Below, piece after piece: positions 12,781 through 27,081 of a DNA stretch of 64,000 nucleotides (within the stretch, counting starts at the first letter, position 1; the number at the start of each line of letters is the position of its first letter). Made by a program: the position numbers and the translations under genes. The notes below the pieces were generated by a model, which was not told the origin of the DNA, did not search any database, and was given only the letters and a program-made list of their open reading frames with translations. This DNA comes from Torpedo marmorata (taxonomy: Eukaryota), in NCBI GenBank assembly GCA_977017645.1, contig OZ360219.1:111476001-111540000 (forward strand). The letters run 5' to 3'.

Positions 12781-13859
12781 TTCTCTGGGTGGGCCAGGCA
12801 TTAATTTGTTGATGAACATTCTGTGATAGGGACACTATTTTGCAATATCTTCATGAACCTGTTGCCATCTGACCCACTTCTCTAAAAGTGCAATCCTTGC
12901 TTCTGAAATCCCCTTATTACAATGCATCAATCCTGTAAAAAAATATCCTCAACACTTTCATGTTAAAACGGCTACTCTCTTAGATCATAAAATCCCACCC
13001 TTTTTAGAACTACAAATCGCACACTTTTACACCACAAAATCATTGTACTCCATCAATTTCCTTCTAACGATTTTCACTCCTGGCAAAATATAATTTTCCT
13101 ATTTAATTCTGACATTCGCTACTATCTCAGTGCATCTAATCCTATTCTCCTGCTCTCTCCCCATACCTTTTGATTTTCCATCCCTCCAATTCTACTTTCC
13201 TGCAAACAATCGTATGAAAAAGGAGCAGGAATAGACGCTTGAGCCTTCAATAAAGATCATGGCTGTCGTGATTGTAAGGTGCACTGCATTCCATTTGAAA
13301 CAACCTTTCACCCCATGCTTATCGAGAATCCACACACCATCTGTCTTAAGCAATGTTTAAAGACTCCGTAGTTTCATGGTCACCATTGATGAGGCTTGAT
13401 TTTTTTTAAATTTTAGATTTATTCAATTAAATGTCTCGGTTGCTGAGTTGGGATTTGAATTCATGTTTCCAGATCATTAGTCAAGGCCTCTGGGTTATTT
13501 ATGCAGCCATGTAACCATTACACTAGCACAACACTTCTAGATAGTAAAAACATGTGGTTCTTTCAAGGAGATGAAATCTATTGGCCTTAGTAGTGTGACT
13601 CAGACCTACAGCTATTTCATTGACTGTTCTGTGAAATAGTCTATCAGTCTGTTCAATTCAAGAGCAATTTGGGCTAAGCTTTAATTGCTGGCCTTATCCT
13701 GATATCAGCATTCTGAAATTGAAACAAAAAGTCATGAATTCATTGGATGAGGAACAACACAAACATATTCCTCCTGTACAGCTTTAAACTTTACAGCATG
13801 AACATTGATTTTTTTACATTTAGTAAACTCCCACCTCTATCAGATTAAACTATTTCCAC

Positions 13860-14130
13860 CCACTCCTGTTCTTACTTTTCTCTCTAACTCCACCCCCTCA
13901 TCTTCGCAATGGTTTCTCCCTCCATCATCTCCACCATCTGTCCAGTACCCTTTCATCTCTTGGCCCCTCACTAGCTTCTTTCCCCCTTCATATACGAATA
14001 TCACCATTTTTTAACTTTAGTCTCGCTAAAGGGTCCTACTGGAAATATTGACTGACCATTTCTACCCATGGATGATGCGTGACCCTTTGAGTTTGTTCAG
14101 TTTGCTCAAGATTCCAGTATCTGCAGTTTA
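13860..14130 (+). mobile_element. Penelope-type retroelement terminal fragment, decayed
   Basis: Pyrimidine-rich stretch, then aaagggtcc...gaaatattgac...gatg...caagattccagtatctgcag; same family as 44686-44910 and 52550-52850. Confidence 0.5.
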
Positions 14131-16389
14131 TGTGTGTCTCTGTGTGAGTTGGCAGCTTGATAAAAAAGGATCACCTATATCCTGTTTCTGAAGAAAAAAA
14201 CTACAGAAAGAAGCCAAAAGATTTATAACAATTTAGCAGTTGGGGCAATCGTATGGAGGAACTTAGGAATCCAAACATCAAAAAGACCTGCCAATCTAGT
14301 CTCAGAAATTTCTTAATGGAGACTTTTGACTGATTATTGAATAATGGCACTCAATATACATGCACCATTCAATGCAAAACCAGTTACACCCAGGGCTCCC
14401 AATGGAGCCTTTTTGGAATAATAGACACAGATCTATAGCACTGTTCTAACAGTAGCAGACTTGGCAGCTTAATCAAGAACTGGGAAATATAAGTAAGACA
14501 GGAGAATAGGCACTGGTTTGACAGTTTAAAGAAAAGCAGGCTGCCTTATGGCATAATTTATTGCAATGATATTTTATTGTTTAGATTAGCAGAATGGACA
14601 GATTGTGAAGCAATGGACAGAGCATCCCTTATCAGGACTTGTAAATGGCTCCCACTGATTCAGACTGATGGTTCCTTGTCTGATTTGAGCAAGCCACCTT
14701 GGATTGAAGAAGAACGTCATTGATTTAAAGTGATTTCTTTGCCAATAGCTGTCTAAAATTCCGTTGAATCATTTATACACCTAATGCACAGGCCATTTTG
14801 AACAATAGACTCAACTTGGCCCCAAGGAAGGAGAGGGATAGCAAAGAAAAGCTTGCACGGGGAGAATGCCTGTGGGATGGTCCTCACTGTGCAAATGTGA
14901 CAAGAGTACAGAGAGCTGTAGTGGATGATGTGAAGGAGCAAAGGGAGCAATAAGGAGCCAAATGGAAAGCAATAGAAGCATTAGGAGTGGGAGTAGATAG
15001 AATAACAAAGAGGGGAAGAGAGTGAGAGAATGTGAAGGAACAAAATATGGGGATAAAGAGGAATAGAGAAATAATTTTTTAAAAAGCAAAATACAGCTAT
15101 CTAATCAGGATATGAAGTGAGTTCACTCTGATGAATTCACCACAGATGTAATATTCCAAAATGTAATCCTACTTAGAAGAACATATGCCGCCTTCCTCAT
15201 GAGATTAATTTGTGAAGCTCAGCCCAGTCTTTTGCCAGTAACATTCCCAACAGCCCATTATATTTAAGGTTCTCTACTAACTCATCAATTTTCGGCTGCA
15301 TCAGACATATAAAAGTGATTGGCTGTTAAGAACATATTGCCATGTATTTTGTTGGTTTATATTTTGGAGTCTAAGGAGACAACCACAAAAAATAAAGGTA
15401 TTTTTAAATTGTTGGTCTCTGAGATTAAGGCCAAATCAGTCCATAAAAGTGAAACTACATTAGTGTTTAACAATGAGGCCTTTAATTATTTTCTCTAGCC
15501 TGTGAGTTGCAAAAGATCCCATTTATTGTTGGTTTGTTCATGGGATGTGGGCTGGAATTTATTGCCCATTTCTCATTGTCCTGCAGAGGTGAATGCAAGC
15601 TCCCTCCTCAAACCACCCTCAGTCCTTGCAAAGATGGAGCCCCAACTTTGTTAGGTCCAGATTCCCAGCATTAAAAATGCAAAATGAGGTTCATTGACCA
15701 TCACGTAGAGCAGACTGACCGGTATCTGAATAATGCCTGAGGAAGCATTAAAGAATGCTGATAGTGCCATGGAGGAAACAACAGCTCAGACATGTCGCCT
15801 TCTGATAGCACGCTACTGCAGCTCCAATCTTCCTGTAGAGCACATGAACAAAATGCTGTTTGCTCTGACATAACCTAAGGCAATATCCATTCCATGGAGT
15901 GCCCAAAGAATGTGTTATTATAAAAAGCAAAGGGAAGAGGATATGATAACAAGTCCACTAGTATCAGGCAAACATTTCTGATAATTCCTAAATTGCACAT
16001 TCCAGAGCTTCAATCCTGTATTTATTTATTTTTCCAAACAAATCTTTTTTAACAGATAAAGTTTTGGTCCATTTGTTTTTGATGAACATTTACGGGAATT
16101 CATTCAGACCTATAGATGACGATCAAAAGCAGTTTCCTTTTTCGATAACATGCAAGAGTTTTAATCAGCACTTCATTCCTTAAATGCATCCTGATCCTGG
16201 ATAGCTACTGTAGTAAAAGTCTTGGATCTGTAACAAGTTATTGGTAGTTTAATGCAAATAGAAATTCTGATGTTCACGCAAACATTAGAAACTGATGCCA
16301 ATCTGTCAGAATGTTATCATACCCTCCTACCTGTGGAGGCACCTCCACCAATGGGAGTATATCAATACATGATCCAAAAATTGCTAAAA

Positions 16390-16580
16390 ATCTAAAATGC
16401 AAACAGAAAAAAGTGGAATTGCTCAGTGAGTCAGGTAACATCAGTAGGGACAGAAAGAGAGTTAATGTTTCAGGTCAGTAATCTATTGAAAGACTTGGAA
16501 ATGTTAACAACCTGAAAGTTTATCACTGTTTCTATCTCCACAACTGCCACCTGACCTGCTTACTATTTCCTGCATTGTAT
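16390..16580. mobile_element. Fold-back element made of two inverted Penelope-type termini
   Basis: Left arm gctcagtgagtcagg...cagaaagagagttaatgtttcagg is roughly complementary to right arm cctgaaagtt...ctgtttctatctcc...cctgacctgc. Confidence 0.5.
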
Positions 16581-16917
16581 ATCATGATGATGTAAAACGT
16601 TTAGATGGCCATTTCCCATTATATGTGTGGATGTAGAAATTTTCAATGGCAAAATGAAAATGAGGACAGAATTATGTAGTGACCCTTGCAATTATTGCCC
16701 CTACACTCAGGTGCCTTTCATCTGTAGGATCTTCATGGTTAAGACTTCTTGTGCAGAATGTCAAATAGACTAAATTTCAATAAAGTATACCCCCTTGCCC
16801 CAGTACCATTCACACATTCAGATGATTCTTAACATCAATGATGATTGCAATGTAAGCCTTAACACATAAAAATGTTATTCATATGCATTTTTCAAACAGC
16901 TGAAGAGCATGGACATT

Positions 16918-17026
16918 AGCGCTAATGGAGACTCTTTGCTTGCCTTTATGGCAGGCAAAAGTTGAAGTAGATCGTGAATATTACATTTTTGTATTATTAC
17001 ATGACAATAAAAGGAACCTTGAAATC
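16918..17026 (+). mobile_element. 3' end of the non-autonomous retroposon family (see 47895-48654)
   Basis: ttgcttgcctttatggcaggcaaaagttg...atgacaataaaaggaaccttgaa is the reverse complement of the tails at 27517, 31021 and 47895. Confidence 0.6.
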
Positions 17027-18593
17027 TGATGAACTGAATACCTCCAGACAATGGAAAATAAGAAACAGAATTCTCCATGCCATTTGCTCAATTCTGCAAA
17101 TGTTCTGCACCCTGTGCCATGCTCAGGATTACTCTGCTGGCCAAACTAATGTTTGAAACACAGAATTAAATACTTGTTTGTCTTTAACGTTTAAGGAAAA
17201 TTGAACCCAAATTTTATTGCTTTCGAGCACTGGTCATCATTACTCCCATGTGGTGTTCCTCCTTCACTTAGAAAGCCAATTTCTCACAGTTTATAGTGTT
17301 GAAAATGTTTTAAGTGGTAGTCTGACAATAACCAGACAGCATTAATAGCTATAGTCAGATCTTTAATGCAACTGTCTGTATCCTTTAAGTTAGTTGAATG
17401 ATGGAGCTTGGTGGGGTGCAGTGGGAGGTTGAGATGCCTGTGGGATTATGATGCATGTTGAATCTGTAACTTCTTGTTTTGTGAGCATGCATCTTTACTA
17501 TTGTGGTTCTCGTTCTAATGTTTGTAAAATGACTATATGTTTTCTTTGTTTTCTCTCTTAATGATTGCAGTTCCACCTATTAGTACAAGTGTAAATCAGC
17601 AATATGATTGTAACAGTCTGCACACTTGAGCATGTCTGCTGTGTTAGCTCTTGCTTTGTTTCCCTCTTCCAATACAACTAATGTTTGTTATTAGCAGTGC
17701 TCACACAAGACTGTGTACAACTTCCCACTGAGGGAAGAAGTTAAACCAGCAGATTTATCCCTTAAATCAGAAATAAGATGAATATTTCAAATTCACCATT
17801 TTACTTATGAAATTGTGTCAGTGTATTATTTGCTTTCAAAGGAAATTAATTTGAAATTTGCAAAATTTAAAATTAAAATAATACCTGTACTTACGCAATG
17901 CCACATCTGCCAAGATATTTAGCTTAAGCAGACACTCTGAAATTAAAGATTGCCTTGACTTCCTGAAGACAAATTCCATCTTTTCAACTAGGACAGCAGG
18001 CTCCCTTTGATTTCAAAGCAACATCTTCTGATGTGCCTCCTGGGGAGAAATAACTTGCTGGGCCTGATTTTATTTACCTGATCTTAACTCTCATTCATTT
18101 AAAATTTCCCTGTATTGAGAACTCGGGCATAAATTGGGCTGGTAAATTGTGTTGTCAACTTCATTTGAATCACCAAAGGCAATATCTTACCTAAAAAAGT
18201 CCAACATGTCTCTTAAATAAAAGATTTAATTTCCATCTGAACATCCCAGTGGATGTTCTTGCAGTGTTACCCAGATGGTTTTGTGTATTTTTTCCTTCCA
18301 ATGATTGAATTATTTTCCGCATTTTCAAACCTCCATTTTGTATCCCAACTATTTTATAGATGTGTTACTCATTGTTGAGAAAAGTATGCACTTTGCAAAA
18401 CACTAAAGCAGCTTATGTGAGCACTGTTTCCTCTGGAATGTGGCCTCTCATCATTGTCTCTAGTGTGCAAAACACTGGCTAATCATGTTACTTGTGTGAT
18501 TTTTTTCCCCCAGTATGTTGAACTGCTCTTCTCTGACACTTTTTCTCCCTTGTTTTTTTTCCTTTCCTTTTTGTCAACTTTCTGCATTGGCAG

Positions 18594-18617
18594 AACATCT
18601 TGGAATTGAATTTATGG
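18594..18617 (+). CDS. NRG1: NRG1 linker-1 microexon (24 nt)
   Basis: Long U/C tract, ggcag|AACATCTTGGAATTGAATTTATGG|gtatgg. Splicing beta-linker-TM gives KHLGIEFMEAEELY. Confidence 0.97.
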
Positions 18618-20729
18618 GTATGGACAAATCATTCCTTTTAATCTGCAGAATAGAACCTGACACCTATTTCCTTCCTCTGATTCCTATCTCAGTTTTTCTT
18701 CCCAAACCCAACTCCTATACCTTGCTCCTGTTGCTTTTGGAAGGGATGATCCACTCATAACAGCCACTCTGCCATGCTCTCTACCTTTTGTGATTGGGAA
18801 CAAAGAAACAGACCATGTGTCTCATCCAAGCTGCAGCTAGAGAAGTTGATGTGTAGTTAGCAGTAAGCCATCTCTAGGCTGCTCCACCAATCACACAACT
18901 CCATTACTCCATTTGGATTTGAATTTGTTTTCAATCATACAGTATTTAGTGTCATGACCCTTTTTCTTTTTTTGAAGTGATTCGAAGTAAATCACTGCAT
19001 AATAACTTAAATAAAAACGGCTGTCACTAAAATAAGTGCATATGATTCCTAGCATTATAGAGCAGGACAAATATGTTTGATCACCGAGTTCAAGTCCAAT
19101 TTGCAAATCTAATCTAAAGAAGGATTGAATGTAAAAGAATAAACAGTGCAGGTATTAAAGGAAAATTTCTTCCCTTAATAAGCCACAGCAAAATCCTTTC
19201 AGAGTCCATAAAATAGTTTTACCATTTACTTGTCATTTCTCAAACATCACAGAGCATGGAATAAACTACCGTGGTGTCTAAAATGGTGATTCAAAGTCAT
19301 TTGAAGATTAATAATATAACCAAAATATAAAACTCAGCAGCCCTCAAGCATCCTATCACAGTTTCACAATACCAGTTCTCAAAGGTGTCAAACTAAGCAT
19401 CCAGACCTGCTTAATATAAATCTGATTTTCAAATCTCCTTTTCCTACTTTTGATGAAAACTTCCGATATCTTGTAAATTCTTTGCAGTTTAGCTGGTATT
19501 TCTAAATTCTTGGAGAACAATGAATAAACAAGCTAAAAGCCTCCAGGTCGAAGGATGGAACTTGTGACCTGACAGTTTGAGTAGAATGTTCCAACAGTAA
19601 TGTAAATAAAAATTGTCTCCATTTATAGGGGGTGACAATTTTTTTTGCCAAAAGTCAATATTTGTGGCTGAAGGCTGTGAAAATCCAGAACTATCTTTAT
19701 TCTTGAGACATGGGGTTATGTGTTCGACTATCTGTCCATGATTGGCCAAATAACTGCTGCTCTGGAGAATACAAAGGGTCTCTCTCCTCCCCAGTCCACT
19801 TCCCTTGTTTAATTTAACTATAGTTTAAAACATTTATTGCCTGCTCAAGCTAATGGCCACTTATTTGGGCCAATTTAAACTACTTTTAAAAGTAAAACCA
19901 TCCAGCAATTAAACATTGTTCTTACATTGATCACTGTATGAATCCAGTTCTTACAGTCTTGTGAATTTATTACCCTAATCAGGACTATGGCGAGCCTCTT
20001 TTTTATAGTGGCAATCTTCCCCTGGATTCCTATTTGACTGTCAGGAGTGGAACATTGTGTTCCCAGCTGGGGTGGCCTTGAACATCAGTGGTTAATTAGA
20101 GTAGATGTAAAAGACAAGGCCATCAACACATATCCTTCAAACAATTTCCAAACATTTGCAGCACAGGCCATGGAGAAATAACGAAGAAATGATAGCGACT
20201 ATTTCCTCTTATGTGTGGAATTCCTCAGGTTCCAGTACGTTCGAGAAAGTGTCTTTTAACCAAAGATATTTTAAACACAAAATTGAATAACGGCAGGTTG
20301 CCAGAATTAAATCAGTTCTCTACCCACAGGTTCCTTCGTTGCTGGGGCACATGGGAATTTGGGCTGAGATTGTTGGGTTCATGGCAAATTTGCCTGTAAG
20401 CAACAGAGTTTGAAAGGAAGTTTTCACTCAAAGACTTATGGAACCTGTGTAGAAATTTGAATTGCTTCTAACTTGGGAAGGAGTTATGAGAAATGAGGTT
20501 AGTGAAATAATAAAAATAAATAACACAATTAAGGAGCTCTGAGGAAAATGCAGAGCCACTTAAAATAGCACTTAGTAAATATTCCAATCAGGCCATGTGC
20601 ACTCATGGAAAAATCCACCACATTCATTCTAAGCCAATCTCTTATTAACCACAACCAGCCCTGAATCTGGATGCTAGGAAAGGAAGCAGATAAATAAATA
20701 GTTAAAGCAAAATGAGCTCTAATCCATAG

Positions 20730-21100
20730 AAACATGGGAATAGGAGTGGGCTACTTAGCCCATAAGCTTTACATCATTAAATATTAGGCTGCTGAGTCCT
20801 CATTGCATCTACCTGTTGTTTCCCTAAATCCTCGAAAACATTTAGTAATTAATCTTAAATTAAATTTAAAAATAATAATTGACCCAGTATTTTTGCCATT
20901 TTCAGAAAAAAGTTACAAATTTTATCATTCTATGTGCGTAGAGGTGTTTGCAATTTATTCCTACTCTAATTTTTAGATCATAACCCTTTTCCATATCTAT
21001 TCTCTTAGTTCTTCCTTGTAACACTCAACACCATCAAATCACCCCTTAACCTTTGATCATCCAATGAATACCACTCTAGTTTGTGTAATAGTTTATAACC
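20730..21100 (-). mobile_element. Old CR1-like LINE 3' fragment
   Basis: catagaaacatgggaataggagtgggc tail plus degenerate aaatcaccccttaacctt, the reverse complement of the CR1 RLRGD segment. Confidence 0.45.
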
Positions 21101-22094
21101 TATGCTCAGAAATCATGAGAAAGCAAAAATCATTCTGGTAAATTTATGCTGCATCCAATTGAATTCAAATGTAATCATTCTCATTTTTATCTTTGTTCTA
21201 TTGTTTATCATTTCAAAAGTACCCAAGTAAGTCGTGATTAATTTTTGTGCTGGTTCAGTCAGTCGGTGCTTATGTTGTGTGGGACCACCCCTTCGCACTT
21301 TGCTTCAATCACTTTCTCTCCCAGGTATTTCAATTTTATTTTCCTATATCAGGCATGCTATTGCCAAGCCAACAGTTGACTTTCTAACCTGAAACTACTG
21401 CTTATAAATTAAAATCTCTACATTTCTGCAATCCTTTCTATTTCTCATTTTTTTTAAACATTGCTCGCTGCTTTGGCGAGTCTAGGTTTCCTAAATTATT
21501 CCAGTTGAATTGATGTTTGGTCTTGTATGGACTTGGTGTTGATCCATCTGTTGTGATTGTCCCATGTTGTTATTGTAAATAGCAGGATGGCTATTGGCCA
21601 GCTAGACAGGAAAGAGGCACAAAGCATGTTTAATAATGTAAGCATTGTCACAGCCAGCTGTTGAGATAATATTTTCCTTTGTATTCCTAAAAATCAGGCA
21701 GTCTGAAGTTTTTGCACCGTACTTGAACTCTCTAATTTTTTCTGCATACTTACGTTGATGATTGTTTAATGATCCACAGTCCTGTATCAAATAGTTTACA
21801 CATTTCTTTATTGCAGTAACCCTCAAATTATATAACTCTTGTCTGAAACAAATAATAAATACAGAATATATATGTCTAATTCCAGAACTTAATGTTATAA
21901 AACCAGGGAATTAAATGGTTACTTCATTGCAAAGGCCACACCTGCCTTGGTTAAAAACCCGAACCATGTGCTAATAGAGGTTAATTTATATCCCATTAAG
22001 TCTGATCCTTGATTGATGCTTTTGATTTGATTAGACCCGTATTCTTATTCCTCACAGCTTGCTATGGTTATCTTGCATATATGTTAAAAGAGAG

Positions 22095-22530
22095 AAAATA
22101 GGAGCAGGAATAGGCCATTCAGCCCTATGCTGCTCTGCCATTCAATACAATCATGGCCAATGATCTCCCAAGACTACATTCCCACACTCTTCCCCACAAG
22201 TCTCAATCCATTTTGCGTTTAAAAATGTGCCTATTTCCTTCTTAATATATTCAGTGTGCTGGCATCCATGGCCTTCTATCGTTGACCATTCCAGAGGCAC
22301 GCCGTCCTCTGAATGAAGATATTTCTTCTAATTTTCATCCTAAATTTCTTGCTCTGTGACTCCTGCTTCTAGACCCTCCAGATTGACAAAACATCCTCCC
22401 TGCATCCTGTCTCTCTATCCCTATCAGAAATTTGTAAATTTTAATTAGATCTCCTCTAAATTTTCTAAACTCCCGTGAACTTAAATCTAATGTTCAGCAA
22501 TCCTGCCTTCCCAAGAAAAAGTCAGGTGCA
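22095..22530 (-). mobile_element. Old CR1-like LINE 3' fragment
   Basis: ataggagcaggaataggccattcagccc tail; ccattccagag...ctctgaatgaaga and agatctcctcta match the reverse complement of the CR1 C-terminus. Confidence 0.55.
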
Positions 22531-23708
22531 AGACAAACTTCAGATTTTAGTACTGATTTTCTAGAATGGTTCATTTTTGTAAAATAAAAACTTTGTAATA
22601 CAAACTTTTATTTTAAACTTACTGATGAACATATCCCTAGTTAAGCTGGCCTCTGTTCTGAAATTTACCTTGGAGGTGCTTTACTCAATGATGTTTCTTT
22701 GCCAGTGATATAAACCCAGGGTAGATGTTGGGTTGCATGTAAAGGCAGTCCAGTCAATAAGGTTCAAAATGATTAACAGCTTTCCTCTTGCCTGATCCAG
22801 GGCTTCAAGAATGATGCAATGTATTTGGCAGCGGCAACTTGTCAGCCGGAAGGGCCTGTTACCGTGCTCTATCTCTAAAATTAAAAAAATAAAATTTAAA
22901 ATGAAATTAAAAATGCTTAAAATTGGAGCAAATGGATCTTTTCAAGCATTTATGTATTTCTTAGTGCAGAGTCTAATGAATCGGCAACAAGTAACTCTGA
23001 TATGTAACTATACTGCAAGAAACATCAATGAATAAGAACCCAATAACATTTTAACTCTAGTGTTATGTAACATTGAAGGCATTTTTTTATACAAATGTAC
23101 TGCAAGAGTTTGAAAAGGTGATCTCTGGCTTATATAATGCTTTTAGTTTTCTTTTAAGCTTATGCTTAAGTAGAAGAGTTGAATCAATTGAAAAGGGGAG
23201 CTGCAGCTTAATTGGACAAACAATGCATATTTACTGTAAAAAATGTATGGAGAGAAGTTTATGATCAAGAATATTGTTATATATTTACAAGTACATAGAT
23301 GTGCTAATTTTTAAAGAATGAATAGATTTCAAAATAAAATGGGTGTCAACAGTTGCATTAACATTTCCTTTTGGCCACTGATGGATACAGTCATCTATGC
23401 AGATACCACAGCTATAATTTACAATAAAAATCGTGAAGTACAGCACCCTGTCAGTTCTATTCTTCTACTTTGGCACAGCATAGACCCTAAGAAACATAAA
23501 AGCATAGCATAAGCTGGGAATTACCTTTTACCAAAAAAAATGCATTGCGGCGAGTTTCCATTTTGTGCATTGAACTGCAAGTGGGGAATGGAAACCAGAC
23601 AAGCAATTTCTTCCCATCAATAGAGTGAAATTATTGCATTTTTATAACATTGCGAGCCAAATGACAAGCCTCAGACTGTGACCTGCTGCCTTCTGTTTCT
23701 CTCTTCAG

Positions 23709-23811
23709 AGGCTGAGGAGCTGTACCAGAAGCGCGTTCTGACGATTACAGGCATCTGCATTGCCGTCCTGGTGGTTGGCATCATGTGTGTAGTGGCGTAC
23801 TGCAAAACAAA
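23709..23811 (+). CDS. NRG1: NRG1 transmembrane exon (103 nt)
   Basis: ctcttcag|AG...AA|gtaatc. Encodes AEELYQKRVLTITGICIAVLVVGIMCVVAYCKT(K). Confidence 0.98.
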
Positions 23812-25754
23812 GTAATCCAGAGCTTCATTCTCTAAGATAAAGCCTGATTAACTTAAATTTGTCTCTTCTCTTATTTCCATTGCCTAGGCAAATTTCCTTT
23901 GTGTTTGAAAATCAGCTTTCTTTAAAAAATCATCCTTTCCACAAAACAATATTTGAGAAAAGTAAAGCAGTTTAGAGACATCTTATGCTGCAATAGGATT
24001 ATTTTGCCTCCAGTTGGGTGGGCACTCAACAGGAAAGAAATTTCCTTTTGATCACCAGTGTTAAGCATGGACCATTATTTCAACAGTATCCTTGACTTCA
24101 CTTTAGATTCTGTCAACGAGTGGACCCAAATGTCAGGAGTTGTATAGCATACTGCATCAACTCAGCATATGTCTAAAACTGTGAACATGAGGCAAAAGTC
24201 AGCCCCTTCTTGATTTTTTAAAAACAGCAGAAAAACTATGGTTCGATAACCTAAGTTGAGGAGGCAAACTCTTCTAAAAGTGGCATTGGCAGAAGTCTGG
24301 GAGTTGGGATCTGTTCAATGCATCTGGCTGTCCTCACCCAATACAGCCCTCAATCCCTAACAAGTGTTTGGTAGGGTTAATGGGAATACAATTTAGCATT
24401 GGCATGGTCTCAAGATGGGATCAGCCATCTGCTGAAATCCATTCAAATAAAGTCAGACAGGTTTAATAAGGTTTAGTTTTTGCCAACTTGTCCATTCAGC
24501 ACCACGACCCAGAATAATTTAACCTGCAGTTTGTCATTCAGAATAAGAAGAATACCTATATTTTGTGATGTGTATAATGAATTACAACTCATTCCTAAAC
24601 TTACTGTCAGTTCTTACTAGTAACCTTCCAGCTAGTGAGTTCTTGATCTCAGCTAGATAATCTTGGAGTAGAGACCCTGCAGCATCTTGGAGAAGAGGAA
24701 TGAAGGTTAGAAGACACTCTAATCTCCATCTTACCAGAGTTCAACAGGACATTGCCTACCCAGTTTCTCAGCTGTATCTTGTGTGTGGCCAGTGACTAAA
24801 GGGGGGGGGAGAATAAACCCGAATTCTTTCCGCCCAAAACAAAACAAGACCAATTTTCAACTTTTATATTTTCTGCCAACAGTTCTACATTATGTGGAAT
24901 GGTCAAGAATTAAATTCAAAGTGCAATATCTTTTTTGGCATAAAGGTTTTTACCAATTGGATAATCTGCACATGGGGCAGGTTAGTGTGCTGGTGGGGGA
25001 TCCAAATCTAGAGAACATAAAGATATGATCCCAGTCATTCTTCCCTGGTCAGTAGCATTGAACCTGTGTAGCTGCTGACATGTTGCTTCCTGTCCCCAGA
25101 ATTCAGTTCTATTGACTTTATTGAGACAGAGAGTATATAGGACTACAAATCAGAAACATGTTTCTAATGAAAGGTAATGTCCCAAGGGGAATTCAGGAGA
25201 AACTCCTACATCCACACAGTAGATAGAATGTGGAATTCACTACCCAGTGGAGAAGCTGAGGTAAATAGTGTTGATATAATTAACTCATATACAAAGAAAG
25301 AGGAAGAACTAATATAAAATCTGCATCACAAATCCTGGTGCAGATCATTTGGGTATAAAGTCCTATCTCTGCATTGTAAATTGTATGTATTTCTGCTTAC
25401 TTCCACATGCAATATTTGGCTTGAAGTTGCTTTTGAACCTTTCATTTACAAATGTATTACACAACCTGTCCTATGCAAACGCAACACATTTTCAGTCAGT
25501 ACAACCTTTCATTCAGTAAGTTCTTCTCTGTATTTATTTTTAGTAACATTTGGTTTGGACAGGATGCAGAGGAAGGATTAAATAAGACGAATATATGTGA
25601 AAGGTTGGCCGTTCAGGTTGAATGCTACACTGGTGCTGAAGGAAAGGGGTGCTGAAAATTCATCCCTGGGATTTTACTATTCTAACGTAAAGGAAGTGTC
25701 CAAAATTATGTTTATTTTTTGTCCTGATTGCATTGCTTCTGCTGCCTTTTACAG

Positions 25755-25881
25755 AAAACAGAGAAAAAAGTTACATGATCGGCTGAGGCAGAGTCTCCAC
25801 TCTGAGCGAAACAACATGGTAAACCTTGTAAATGGACCCCACCACACAAATCCACCAAATGAAAACGTTCAGTTGGCAAAT
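25755..25881 (+). CDS. NRG1: NRG1 cytoplasmic exon 1 (127 nt)
   Basis: tttacag|A...AAT|gtaagt. Encodes KQRKKLHDRLRQSLHSERNNMVNLVNGPHHTNPPNENVQLAN, in phase with the TM exon. Confidence 0.97.
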
Positions 25882-26706
25882 GTAAGTTCACTTGGCATCA
25901 ATATCCATCAAAAGCAGAAATACATTGTGCGCCATGTATGTGAATTACAACATAGTTTTTTGAGCATTCAGATGGTGTCACTGATCTTTGATTCTGTGTG
26001 TAACAGATACACCTCAGATATAAGTGATTCTGTAATCGATCAGCCACATACTACTGTAATGTCAAACAGATTTCAAGACATAGGCAATGTCCAGCAACTA
26101 CATTCAATGAAAGTAAAAAGCTTTGATTTTAAATAAATAAAATGCTTTAACTTCTCTCGCTTATACATTCTGGAGTATGATACCAAACAGAGTGAACGGC
26201 AGGCTTTGAGTGCATTCAACCCTTCGGGTGGGTTGAAGCTCTTCAGGGACCTGTGTACAAATCTACGATCAGTGCCATCAGTACAATAAATACAGGGCAT
26301 CAGTGCCACAAGTCGTCACACTGCAGGTTAATCACTTGTGCTGTCCACAACTTTATAGGATTGTCCCAGGTTTTGTGGATGCAACATAGCATTACCACAT
26401 CATGTAACTGCAAGTATGATATAATAAAAAAGATTAATGGTGGGATGTCAGTGGATGTAGTATAAAATGAACAATATCTTACACTATTGTCATATACCAT
26501 CTGGAGTTAACAGTTTTTTTACTTGTGGACATACATTATTGCAGTAACAGGATTCTGCCATTGTGTCAGTATAATTGATGCTGAGCAACATAAGGAAGTT
26601 AGTCATTAATTGGCCACTGTATATTGCCCCTAGTGGCAGAATCTGGGACAGGATGATGATAAAGTGTGGAGAATAAAAAACAGGGTTGATGTAGGTTAGT
26701 GTAAAT

Positions 26707-27081
26707 CAGTGGTTTTCAAACTGCCCCCCTAAACTCACATTCCACCTTAAGTATTCCCTATGCCATAACTGCTCTGTGATTAGTAAGGGATTGCTTAAGG
26801 TGGTTTGTGAGTGGGAAGGGAAAGTTGAGAACCACTGCTCTAGACCCAATTGTTACTGAAATATTTTGCTTGACAAAAATTGTCATTGGCCCATTTCCTA
26901 TGGAGTTATGAAACCGTGCACATAACAAGTCAATTAGGTACGATTAAAACAGTGGTATTCAAACTTTTTCTTTCCACTCACATACTACCTTAAGCAATCC
27001 CTTACTAATCACAGAGCACTTATGGCATAGGGATTGCTTAAGGTGGAATGTGAGTTTAGGGGGGCAGTTTGAAAACCACTG
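26707..27081. mobile_element. hAT-superfamily MITE with ~130-bp inverted arms
   Basis: TIR cagtggttttcaaactgccccc / gggggcagtttgaaaaccactg; 8-bp TSD gtgtaaat / gcgtaaat (7 of 8 match). Inserted into a CR1 tail remnant. Confidence 0.9.

Noticed and set aside
25597-26136. 179-aa single-exon ORF (likewise 38646-39077 and 18515-18760)
   Set aside because: Only the splice-bounded cores match NRG1; the remainder is intron read-through.
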